A DNA stretch of 31,969 nt from a virus. Numbering within the stretch: the first letter of the stretch is position 1; every line of letters begins with the position of its first letter. Position numbers and translations under genes: made by a program. Below the pieces are notes generated by a model, which was not told where the DNA came from, made no database searches, and saw only the letters and a program-made list of their open reading frames with translations. Shown here piece after piece: positions 23,265 through 31,969 of the stretch. The stretch is taken from positions 1 to 31,969 of the IMG/VR virus record IMGVR_UViG_3300022745_000423; one strand, given 5' to 3'.

Positions 23265-23948
23265 ATGTTGGACGACATCAAAGTAGTTCCCCTTCCCGAT
23301 CCTTTTGGCGATGACCCGGAAGGTGTTGCCCGTTCCGAAGCGGCACGCAAAGAGTTGTACCGTCAACAAGGGATTGCCGCCGCCCAAGGCATGGCAAATC
23401 AATCCTTGGCCAATGCAACCGGGTTGCAAACGGCGGGCAATGATTTGTTGTCGGGCATTGATACGGCAACCACCGCCGGGAAGGCCAACATCCGTGCCCA
23501 AGGGGCGGAAGGACTTGCCGCCGGTGCCGCTAGTGGTGGAAACACGGGCAATGCCTATGCGGGTGCCTTGCAAGCGGGTTTGAATAGTGGCCGTGCCCAA
23601 TCGAACTTTGGTGGCCAACAAGCCCTTCAACGTGGTCAAGCCGAACTTGGGATCCAAGAAAAGGTTGGTGATGCCCGTAGTGCCGCCGCCGCACAACAAC
23701 TGGAAGCCATCAAGTTCGGTAAAGAAGCCGGGTCGAACGCCGAAGACAAGCAAAAGAAGATGGCGGATTACACCACGCGGATGCAACAAATCCTTGCCAA
23801 CAACAAGCATTGGTACGGGGATGATGAAGCACAAGCACAACAGCAAATCGAACAAATGGTCGCCACCGAAGAAGACCCGGAAATCAAGGCATACTTCACC
23901 GATCAAGCCGGTCGCTATGGTCGTAGCGACCCCGGCTATGATTTCTAA
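23265..23948 (+). CDS. putative internal virion/ejection protein, T7 gp14-like by position (227 aa)
   Basis: ORF track. AAGAGG RBS. Ala/Gly/Gln-rich helical protein. It is the first of three consecutive genes of increasing size located just before the fibre gene. Confidence 0.4.
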   Translation: MLDDIKVVPLPDPFGDDPEGVARSEAARKELYRQQGIAAAQGMANQSLANATGLQTAGNDLLSGIDTATTAGKANIRAQGAEGLAAGAASGGNTGNAYAGALQAGLNSGRAQSNFGGQQALQRGQAELGIQEKVGDARSAAAAQQLEAIKFGKEAGSNAEDKQKKMADYTTRMQQILANNKHWYGDDEAQAQQQIEQMVATEEDPEIKAYFTDQAGRYGRSDPGYDF

Positions 23949-24033
23949 GGAAGTTCAATGGGTTGTACTAAGTGCGCTTAGTTTTACGGAAAATGGGCGG
24001 ATTTTGATCGCCTAAAGTTTCAAGGGGTTTCAC

Positions 24034-25926
24034 ATGGCACGAGTTATCCAAATCACCCCAATGAACAATCCTTTTGCGGGTCAAGGTGTACGCACATCCA
24101 ACTATGTGGCACCACCCCACAAGACGGACTTTGAACTTGGTGATGCCGCACAAGCATTGGCATTGGCGGAAGCCGCCTACAAGTCACCTTTGTTTGGTGC
24201 ATTGGCCACGGGTGGCAAGAAAATCGGAGAAGCTTTCAAGTCGGATACGGTGGAAGACCCACGGGCACAAGCGGCATTGGCGGAACTTTCCACCGAAGGC
24301 CAAGTTCCCACCATCAACAACCAACCCTTGAACCACCAGATGCCCGCGTATGATCGGTTCCGTTCCCCCATGGCGGCATCCATTGAAAATGTGGCCGATA
24401 GTGTCATGGAACCCGGAACGGTGACGCCAAAGATGCGTGGCCTTACCGAACCTACGGAAGCGGACAAATCAAGCTTCCAAGCCCAATCCGCACAACGGAC
24501 TTTGGATCAAGCAACTAGGACCGTTGACCGTGCCATCGACAATGGGCAAATGGCCCAAGCCTATGTGCATGCCAACCAACCAATCCCGGATGATGTTTTG
24601 TTGAAGCAAGCGGCGGCGGAACGTGCCCGTGCAAGCCTTCCAAATCGCCCCGTAGAAGCCCGTCCCGCACAACAAGGGGTTGTGGCCGCACCGCCCGTGG
24701 TTTCACGTCCCACAACCCCACCGGTTGCCGATACCTTTGAAGCCAAGTTGGCTACGGTCACGGACATCAACAAGTTGGAAGCATTGGTCCAACGGTTGCC
24801 GCCAACCGATCCACGCCTTGTTGCCGTCAAACAACGGATTGATGACCTTGCGGTTGATCAGACTATCAATCCTCCAAAAGCGGAAACACGGTTCACGATT
24901 GATCCACGGCACATCTATTCGCAAAACGAACTGGAATCCTTGGCCCATGCGATGGCACGGGGACAAGGAACGGCACAAGATCGTCGCAACTTGATGGAAG
25001 CTTTCCAACGGTCGGAAGGTCGTGGGGTTTCTATTGGTTCCCTTGAAGATTTGATCACGGGGAATCACATTGCCCGTGCCGGGGATCGTTTGTCCGCCAT
25101 CCTTGCTTCGGGTACGCCCAAGAAATCCGAAGAAGAACTTCAAATCGAAGAAGCCTACAAGCGTGCCATGGGCTTGTCCGCCATGAATCGTGGTCAAGCG
25201 GCTATGCAAAATGCCAACACCAATGCGGAAATCAAACCAAAAGAAGTTGCCGCCAAACAACAACAAGTGGATGTAAATGAAGCCAAAGATATTGGGACCG
25301 GCCCGAAGGCACCTCCTCCGGGACAAAAGGCCGGGGGCATGTTGGGTGTGAAACAAAGCGAGGCGGAAGAAAAAGCCCGTCATGATAAAGCTAAGGAAGA
25401 AATCGATGCCGCCAATGAAAAATCATTGGAAGCTTATCGGAAGGACATTGGCAAAGCGGCTAGGGTACGGGCATCAAAAGCCGGACAAAAAGCAAAAAAT
25501 GATGGGTTGTCCAAGGCACAACAACAATCGGCGGAACTTCGGGAAAATGCCCAAAACCATCGGGACCAAATGCGTTCCTTGGATTCCGAAGAACGCATGT
25601 TGAATGCCGAAATCCGGGAAGCGGAAAAGCATCCAAAACCGGGTTACGATCGTCCCGATGAAGATATGAATCCCCAAGGTGCCCAAAAATGGGATGACAA
25701 AATGGATGCTTGGAAAGCACATCGGGATGTTTTGAAGAATGCCCCGAAAAGGCTTCAAGAAATCGAAGCCAAACGCAATATTGTACGGGAAGAAACAAAG
25801 AAGGAATCGGTTCGGATTCGTTCTGGTAAAGCCCCATCTTCGGATGAACCAACCAAACCAACTACCGAACCCGCACCAAAAGCACCGACCAAGGATTTGA
25901 AAAACGAGTTCACGGGTGACGAATAA
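24034..25926 (+). CDS. putative internal virion/ejection protein, T7 gp15-like by position (630 aa)
   Basis: ORF track. Highly charged, Lys/Glu/Ala/Gln-rich C-terminal coiled-coil region. It is the second member of the triad. Confidence 0.4.
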   Translation: MARVIQITPMNNPFAGQGVRTSNYVAPPHKTDFELGDAAQALALAEAAYKSPLFGALATGGKKIGEAFKSDTVEDPRAQAALAELSTEGQVPTINNQPLNHQMPAYDRFRSPMAASIENVADSVMEPGTVTPKMRGLTEPTEADKSSFQAQSAQRTLDQATRTVDRAIDNGQMAQAYVHANQPIPDDVLLKQAAAERARASLPNRPVEARPAQQGVVAAPPVVSRPTTPPVADTFEAKLATVTDINKLEALVQRLPPTDPRLVAVKQRIDDLAVDQTINPPKAETRFTIDPRHIYSQNELESLAHAMARGQGTAQDRRNLMEAFQRSEGRGVSIGSLEDLITGNHIARAGDRLSAILASGTPKKSEEELQIEEAYKRAMGLSAMNRGQAAMQNANTNAEIKPKEVAAKQQQVDVNEAKDIGTGPKAPPPGQKAGGMLGVKQSEAEEKARHDKAKEEIDAANEKSLEAYRKDIGKAARVRASKAGQKAKNDGLSKAQQQSAELRENAQNHRDQMRSLDSEERMLNAEIREAEKHPKPGYDRPDEDMNPQGAQKWDDKMDAWKAHRDVLKNAPKRLQEIEAKRNIVREETKKESVRIRSGKAPSSDEPTKPTTEPAPKAPTKDLKNEFTGDE

Positions 25927-28900
25927 TGCCAACGCTTGGTGAAAAAGTAGCGGAACTGAAAGCCCGTGGTGAACCCATTGAATCCATCCGTAAAGGTATG
26001 GAAGATGCCTATGGTTTGTCCGCCAAGGCTTTGGGTGCATATTGGGATACGGACTTGGCGGATTTGAACCGTGCCCGAAAGGAAGTGCAATCCTATTTGC
26101 CCAAGGCATCCAAGTCGGTTCTTTCGGGCAAACCACCCATTCAACCGACCCTTGAACAACAACTTGGTCCGGGTGGCAAGGATGTCCCACCATCAACGGT
26201 GGATCAACCGCACCCATTGACGGGTGAAGTAACCCCGGCACAAGCCATTCCCGTCCCATCGAATCCTTTGACGGAAGAAAATCCCGGCCACATCCGACCA
26301 AAGCGTGCAACACCCAAGTTGGAAGGTGGGCTTCTTACACATCCCATCGAAGAACTGAAACACACGGGCAATGCCTTGTATGGGTTTGGCAAGGAACTTT
26401 TGACGGGTCGCACGATGGAAGATTACCCCCAAGATGGGAAGTCTTCGGTCATGCACGGGCAAGGCGGGGAAGAACCCGAACCCAAGTTGTTTGATACCGT
26501 GAAACACGCCGGGGAAATGTTGGCGGGTAAAGGACGCAAATCCGCTACTACGGAAGCCTACAAAACATCCTTGGAAGATTTGGAAGAACGTGGACGCCAC
26601 CACCCCATCGTCAATGCGTTGTCCGATGCGGGCGATTTTGTCATGGCCCCGATGCAACTAGCGGGACAAGTTTTGTTGCCCAAAGAAGTGGATGAACAAA
26701 ACACCCTTAGTTCCCAAGGGCGTGCCTTTGGTGAAAACCTTGCGGGTGGTTTGACGGGCGGTTTGTCAGCACAACTGGAAAACCCCGGAAAGATGATTTG
26801 GGGTCGTCCCGTTACATCCGCCGCCATGTTGGCCCCATTTGCCAAAGCGGCTTTGAAAGGTGCCCCGGCCTTGGCACGGGTTGCGGGGGAAATCCATCCT
26901 ACTTTGGAAACGAAGTTGATGGCCCCCGTTGGGGAAACCGCCATTGGGCGATCGACTTCCAATGTGCTAAGCAAAGCCACATTGTCCGCACTTGATCAAA
27001 TGCGGAAGGTTGGCCCCGAAGTACATGGTAAAAATGCCGGTGCCCATTTTGCGGATTTTCTAAGCAATCTCCCGAAGGAATCAAATCGTTGGATCAACAA
27101 TGCCGTGGAAATGGGTGACCCGGCATTGACCGCCATCGTGGAACAAATCATCAAAGATCCGGGCCAAGCGGCATCGGAACTGAAATCCCTTGGTGAACGT
27201 ATGGCACGCCAAGCGGAGAAGACCGGAACGGCAAGCCCCGTTGAACCATTGGGTATGGCCGATGCGGAAGCTTCTTTGCGTTCCAAATGGGAACGGGAAA
27301 TCCGGGATGGATACAAGAACCCCAATAGCAAAGCCGCCGATGCCAAAGTCCAACGCTTGTTGGATAAAGCGGCACAAGAAGGAACCCAACCTTGGTTGGA
27401 AGGTGGTCCGATTCGTGATGTGCATGGTGTCTACGACGGTGCTAAAGGGGCGGTGGAAGTAGCCAAACGTTCTTTGCCCGAAGACATCGTTTATGAAAAT
27501 GCCCGTAAGGCGTCACAGGAAAACTTCGCCAAGGCTAATCCTACGATTGCCGCATTGGCACTTCGCATTGCCGCCAAGTTGGAAGCCCCGGTGGAAGTGG
27601 TTCAAGATGCTTTGATGGCACCGTTGGATCACCAAAGCCTTGCGGCCATCCATGACCCAACGGTCTTGAAAGCCGTGTTGAAACGCATCCACGAAGCGGA
27701 CCCGACACGCACCCCGGAAGTAGTCAAAGGAATCATCAAACCCTATTTGGATGTTCCGTTGACGGAAGAAGTGCATTTGCCTGAAATCGCTAAGGCGGGG
27801 AACTTGATGGGATTGCCGGAGATCATCCGCGAAGAATCCATGAAGATGTCCCAAACGGCAAGGGCCAATGTCATTCGTACCGTCACCCAAAAGTTGGCGG
27901 ACAAGTTGCAAGGGGAAGGCACGGCACGTGGCTTGTTGAAAGAAAGCCGCCGCTTTGGTCATGAAGACCTTTTCAAGATCCAAACCCCCGAAGAACAAGC
28001 CGCCTTTGATGCATACCAAGAAAGGTTCCGGGAAAACATCGCAAAGAACTTGACGGGTGGTACGGCGGAAGATGTCACCTTGAAGCCAACACCTTTGTCT
28101 TTCAAATGGGCGGCACAAGTCATCCGTGCCGTTTCCAAAGGTGAACCCGTCCCATTGGTATTGCCAAAGGGCATCACCCGCGAACAAGCAAAGTTGGCTT
28201 TCAAGGCATTGGCATCACCCGGTTCGGAATATTTCTTCCGTGACACGATGGGGATGGACTACGCCAAGGTTCCGGGCATTGCTTTGTATTTGTCGGATAA
28301 GTTTGACAACTTCCGCAATCCCCAAGCCCATGTTCCCGGACATCAAGCCGGGGAAGTACATCCCGATTTGCACCAAACCTTGAAGTACGAAGATTTGGCC
28401 CGTAAGGGGATCCAAGGATCGGATGCCCTTGGGATGATCAATCAACTTTCCAAGGGCAACTTGACAACCCGTAGTCCCCATGCGGCCATCAATAACTTCA
28501 CGTCCAATGCGGCCATGCAATCATCCCGCCGTGGCAATCCGCTTGTTTGGTCGTCCGCATTGAACATGGCACGGAAGTTCCAACAGTTTCTTTCCGGGGT
28601 TGAAGAAACGGGTGGGGCTTTCAATCCCATGAAGTTGACCCTGGAAGAAGGGCGATTTTTCCGTGCTATTGAAAAGACGGGTGCGTTGGATACCGATGCC
28701 ATCGCACAAGACGTGGGGTTGATGAAGGTGGGTTCCAACTTGAACCCGCTTCGGTTGTCGGAAAAAGTCTATCGCCATTTGGGTGATAACGCTTTCAAGT
28801 TGGAAGAAGCACACCACAACTGGAATACCCTTGATGGCTACTTGGAAACCTTGGGGGAAGGTGAAAGCATTACTGGGGATTTGTCCCCTAGCCGTAAGGT

Positions 28901-30296
28901 CACCTTCACCAAGGAACGTGGCAATACTTTGGTTTCGGGTCCGGGGATTAGTGAAACACCCATCCAACTTAGCCCGGAACAACTGGATGCCATCAAAGCC
29001 CGTGTTGCCGTACAACCCGCACAAAACATGTTTTTTGACTATGGTGACACGGGGTTGTTCGCTAAATGGTTGAAACAAGCCCCCATCCTTGGCATTGCAA
29101 GTCCGTTCTTCACATGGTCCTACAAGGCTTTGGATGTCCCTTTCGTGAAGAAAGGCTTGGTATCCCATGTGATGGATTTGCCGTTTTCCATCGAAACCAA
29201 TAGCCCCGCCGTGGCCTTGAACCAACTTGGCCAAGCGGTTGGGTTGGTTGCCCGTCGTGCGGCTTATACCAGTGCCGCACGCAATGATTTGTTGCAAAAC
29301 GAAAACGGGCAACTAGGCACCGTGCTTCGTCGGGAACCCCGTCAACTTCGGATGTATTGGGCAACCATGTTGGGTGACCCACGGTACATGGGTGGCTATG
29401 ACTATGGGAAGTTCAACTGGATGCAACCATCCCAAAAGTTGTTCCAACTTCTTGCGGGTGCCGGGGTTGAACTAACAAAACCGGATTTGAAATCCTTGCC
29501 CAAGGACCAAGCCAAACGTGCCATCCGAACCAATGAACTCTTGAAGATGGCGGACACGGGACAACTTTATTCCAAGAATGATGTCCTTGATCTGGTAGGT
29601 ATGGCCGGTTCACCCATCCTTGATGTGATCAACTACTTCCAAGGAAAAACGGAACATAAAAAAAAGGTTTCCCTTGAACAATCCATGCAAAAGTTTTCTG
29701 GTGCCTTGTTGTCGGGTGTAGGCAAAGACATTTTTAATGTGGCCACAGGAGCATTCCAAGACAAAACGGGAATACACATTTTTGGATCTCCTCGTCACAA
29801 TGCCGTGGATCCCACGTTGCAAGAACCCTTTGTTCGCTACGTTGTACGCCAAATGACGGGCATGGGATTCAACATCAAGAACGTGGTGGATACGACCAAT
29901 CCCGCAAAGCCTTATAGCTACTACCGTGAACTACAAGACGAATGGTTAGACACACTTCAAGTTTCAGACATGAAATCAAAAGCCAAAGCGGACTTGGCCG
30001 AAGCGAAACGGAATGGGGATTTGGAACTACAAGTTGCGGCAAGGAACCGTTTGCGTACCGCAAACATGTTGGAACATGCCGTCAAAGGGGAAATCCGTTC
30101 TATGTACGGCCATTGGGCCAAAGGTGCCCGTGCCCTCGGATTGAAACCACCGCCATGGGAAGCACCAGAAGAAACCGATGAAATGCCTTCCTACAACAAG
30201 TCCAAGGAACAAGTAGACAAAGAACTAGAAGATTTGAACAAACAAGCCTTGGATGAAATCGAACAAGAACATTCCCTTGACGAACCAAAACCCTGA
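25926..30296 (+). CDS. putative large internal virion/ejection protein, T7 gp16-like by position (1456 aa)
   Basis: ORF track. TAATG overlap. It is the largest gene and mostly helical, and it is the third member of the triad. I saw no lytic-transglycosylase signature. It contains an in-frame A_AAA_AAG slippery heptamer at 29660-29666. Confidence 0.45.
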   Translation: MPTLGEKVAELKARGEPIESIRKGMEDAYGLSAKALGAYWDTDLADLNRARKEVQSYLPKASKSVLSGKPPIQPTLEQQLGPGGKDVPPSTVDQPHPLTGEVTPAQAIPVPSNPLTEENPGHIRPKRATPKLEGGLLTHPIEELKHTGNALYGFGKELLTGRTMEDYPQDGKSSVMHGQGGEEPEPKLFDTVKHAGEMLAGKGRKSATTEAYKTSLEDLEERGRHHPIVNALSDAGDFVMAPMQLAGQVLLPKEVDEQNTLSSQGRAFGENLAGGLTGGLSAQLENPGKMIWGRPVTSAAMLAPFAKAALKGAPALARVAGEIHPTLETKLMAPVGETAIGRSTSNVLSKATLSALDQMRKVGPEVHGKNAGAHFADFLSNLPKESNRWINNAVEMGDPALTAIVEQIIKDPGQAASELKSLGERMARQAEKTGTASPVEPLGMADAEASLRSKWEREIRDGYKNPNSKAADAKVQRLLDKAAQEGTQPWLEGGPIRDVHGVYDGAKGAVEVAKRSLPEDIVYENARKASQENFAKANPTIAALALRIAAKLEAPVEVVQDALMAPLDHQSLAAIHDPTVLKAVLKRIHEADPTRTPEVVKGIIKPYLDVPLTEEVHLPEIAKAGNLMGLPEIIREESMKMSQTARANVIRTVTQKLADKLQGEGTARGLLKESRRFGHEDLFKIQTPEEQAAFDAYQERFRENIAKNLTGGTAEDVTLKPTPLSFKWAAQVIRAVSKGEPVPLVLPKGITREQAKLAFKALASPGSEYFFRDTMGMDYAKVPGIALYLSDKFDNFRNPQAHVPGHQAGEVHPDLHQTLKYEDLARKGIQGSDALGMINQLSKGNLTTRSPHAAINNFTSNAAMQSSRRGNPLVWSSALNMARKFQQFLSGVEETGGAFNPMKLTLEEGRFFRAIEKTGALDTDAIAQDVGLMKVGSNLNPLRLSEKVYRHLGDNAFKLEEAHHNWNTLDGYLETLGEGESITGDLSPSRKVTFTKERGNTLVSGPGISETPIQLSPEQLDAIKARVAVQPAQNMFFDYGDTGLFAKWLKQAPILGIASPFFTWSYKALDVPFVKKGLVSHVMDLPFSIETNSPAVALNQLGQAVGLVARRAAYTSAARNDLLQNENGQLGTVLRREPRQLRMYWATMLGDPRYMGGYDYGKFNWMQPSQKLFQLLAGAGVELTKPDLKSLPKDQAKRAIRTNELLKMADTGQLYSKNDVLDLVGMAGSPILDVINYFQGKTEHKKKVSLEQSMQKFSGALLSGVGKDIFNVATGAFQDKTGIHIFGSPRHNAVDPTLQEPFVRYVVRQMTGMGFNIKNVVDTTNPAKPYSYYRELQDEWLDTLQVSDMKSKAKADLAEAKRNGDLELQVAARNRLRTANMLEHAVKGEIRSMYGHWAKGARALGLKPPPWEAPEETDEMPSYNKSKEQVDKELEDLNKQALDEIEQEHSLDEPKP

Positions 30297-30352
30297 ACGT
30301 ATCCTATAACCGTGGTGCCTAGACAAAGGTTGCCACAAAAACAGGTGAAACA

Positions 30353-31834
30353 ATGTCTACCCCAACCGGTTCCATCTTCCTTACCGACCTAAACCTTGTT
30401 GGGGTTCCCCAAACATTGAACTTCCGAAACCTTGCTGGTTTCGACGCCCAAGAAGTTCTGGTTTGCAATGATGACCAAACGCACATCTATACCGTGACCG
30501 TACAAGGTTCATCTTGTTCCCTTGGTCCGGGTGAAAAGTTGAAGTTCCCCGGAACCATGTGGGAAATCACTTTGAACGGTACGGGTTTCGCACGGGTGAT
30601 GGCGGCGGAACTTACGGGCAACCTTCCCGACTTTTCGGGTATCACCGTAGTTGGCGGTGGTGGTGGTGGCGGCGGTGCCCCCGCAAACGCCCAGTATTTG
30701 CTTTATGGTGCGGGTGTTCCCGGTGCCCTTACGAATGCCCATGCCACGGAAGCCCTTGGCGTGCCCATCTTGTTCCAACTCTTGGATTCCGGTGGTGAAC
30801 ACACGGTCGGTTATCCGATCGCCCTTACGTTGAATAACCAGACAACGACCATCACGGATGGTGGCGTTGGTTTGGTCTTCCGCGTGGAAGATTTGTCCGG
30901 TGGCACGGACTATGGCCAGTTCAAGTTCCTTGGGGATTCCCTTCATTCCAAGTTGACCGTGACGGGTAAGACCGGGGCATCCTTTTTCACCTTCCGTCAT
31001 ACGGCGGGCGGTGCCCCCGCCGGGTTTGTCCTTGAAAACGGACAAGATGGTTTGTTGGCTACCCAAGGCGGCCATGCCCTTTACCTTGCGGCAACAAGCG
31101 GTGGTGGCGTTTGGATCCACGACAATGGACATAACATCGTCAAGTTCACGACGGGATTGGCCACTTTCCAAGAAGCATCAAAAATCACAACGGACACGCA
31201 CAACCTGACCGTTGAAGGTCTTAGTTTGACCCTTGAATCGACAGGTGGTGGTGCGGGAATCCTTATCGGTTCTACCACGGTAGAAGTGGATGCCAATGGT
31301 AATGCTTGGTTGTTTGATGCCGCCGGAGCATTGAATGCCCCATCCACGGAAATCAAGACCATTGCGGATGCCACGGCGGATACATCCGCCCCGTCATGGG
31401 GCCAAGTCAAAACCTACGCCAATGCCCTAGCATCGCGTCAAGTTCTTTCGTGGGGTGCTTCTTCCACGGGAACAACGGGCCAACAACTTCGCTTGCAATA
31501 CGGCCCGCCCTACACGGCGGCCACATCGTCATCGTCAACGGACACGGTTTTCTTGACGTTTGACAATGGGTCCATCACGGCAGGGCATCTCTTTGCCGTC
31601 ACCGCACCGACGGGCGTGGATGATCAAATCTTCACCGTCTACAAAAACGGTGTGGCCACGGGCATGACGGCCACCGTCCCGGTGGGGTTTGTCGGCTCAA
31701 GCGTGGCATTTGCGGGGGGGCCTATTGCTTTTTCTTCCGGGGACGTGATCCAAATCGTTTCGGATGTCGGTGCCGATGTAACCGATGTGGGTGCCCAAAT
31801 CGTAACCGCTTTTCTTCGCGTGACCTACAACTAA
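30353..31834 (+). CDS. tail fibre protein (493 aa)
   Basis: ORF track. AGGTGA RBS. A 100-aa N-terminal domain is followed by a Gly8 linker (nt 30653-30676) and then a Gly/Thr/Ala-rich beta region. The motif ADATADTSAPSWGQVKTYANAL resembles those found near fibre C-terminal domains. Confidence 0.55.
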   Translation: MSTPTGSIFLTDLNLVGVPQTLNFRNLAGFDAQEVLVCNDDQTHIYTVTVQGSSCSLGPGEKLKFPGTMWEITLNGTGFARVMAAELTGNLPDFSGITVVGGGGGGGGAPANAQYLLYGAGVPGALTNAHATEALGVPILFQLLDSGGEHTVGYPIALTLNNQTTTITDGGVGLVFRVEDLSGGTDYGQFKFLGDSLHSKLTVTGKTGASFFTFRHTAGGAPAGFVLENGQDGLLATQGGHALYLAATSGGGVWIHDNGHNIVKFTTGLATFQEASKITTDTHNLTVEGLSLTLESTGGGAGILIGSTTVEVDANGNAWLFDAAGALNAPSTEIKTIADATADTSAPSWGQVKTYANALASRQVLSWGASSTGTTGQQLRLQYGPPYTAATSSSSTDTVFLTFDNGSITAGHLFAVTAPTGVDDQIFTVYKNGVATGMTATVPVGFVGSSVAFAGGPIAFSSGDVIQIVSDVGADVTDVGAQIVTAFLRVTYN

Positions 31835-31842
31835 TACACCTT

Positions 31843-31969
31843 GTGCTGCGGACATCTAAAAAAAGGAAATGCACATGTTGGAAAAGTTGATTGAATATTG
31901 GCCTTTGTTGACCGCCGTTGCGACGGCATGGGCATGGTCAATGAAGTTGTTGGTTGGTATTTCACGGTC
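31843..31969. repeat. terminal direct repeat, copy 2. It carries a duplicated 5' fragment of the 27..305 CDS (ATGs at 31869 and 31875).
   Basis: Exact match to 1-127 with an offset of 31,842 bp. Confidence 0.95.

Noticed and set aside
24009-26950. Cyanobacterial HIP1 palindrome (GCGATCGC) as a host clue, prompted by the Synechocystis-like codon preferences (TTG, CAA, GAA, CCC, ACC).
   Set aside because: I saw only partial matches, such as GATCGCC at about 24009 and GCGATCGA at about 26948. No full HIP1 copies were noticed. Similar codon preferences occur in unrelated bacteria with about 50% GC, so no host assignment is justified.
1-31969. CRISPR array, integrase with att site, rRNA, toxin-antitoxin pair, diversity-generating retroelement, or stop-codon reassignment.
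   Set aside because: There are no regularly spaced direct repeats, no tyrosine or serine recombinase motifs, and no reverse transcriptase or template/variable repeat pair. TAA, TAG and TGA all terminate well-supported ORFs, so the standard genetic code fits.

Overview
The window is one complete, self-closing tailed-phage genome with a podovirus-like layout. Bases 1-127 recur exactly at 31843-31969, so the unique sequence is 31,842 bp. All of the roughly 33 credible genes are on the + strand and tightly packed. Many are joined by ATGA, TAATG or TGATG stop/start overlaps.

Order around the circle:
- A 700-bp non-coding control hub (3498-4197). It holds an inverted-repeat element, a G-quadruplex/i-motif tract, clustered GTGAC half-sites and a sigma70-like promoter.
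- About 4.5 kb of small early genes (4198-8683). Recognisable folds are two excisionase/MerR-type HTH proteins, a tandem ribbon-helix-helix-like protein, a CxxC zinc-ribbon protein and a bZIP-like arginine-ladder protein.
- A morphogenesis module: small terminase, large terminase (TTG start), scaffold, major capsid protein, a strong GC hairpin, two small membrane or glycine-zipper proteins, and portal.
- Adaptor-like and nozzle-like proteins, a small beta-helix protein, and two further structural proteins.
- A T7 gp14/15/16-like triad of 227, 630 and 1456 aa, then a 493-aa fibre.
- Across the junction: a small membrane protein, a 619-aa five-repeat protein, and a cluster of tiny genes. This cluster includes a 57-aa lipoprotein missed by the ORF track, a membrane protein and a collagen-like protein.

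I could not recognise a DNA polymerase, primase/helicase, recombinase, integrase, RNA polymerase, methyltransferase or peptidoglycan hydrolase. I found no tRNA, rRNA or CRISPR array.

Functional calls rest on motif recognition, protein size, composition and synteny only. No homology search was possible. Most products beyond terL, portal, capsid and scaffold are tentative, and the host is unknown.
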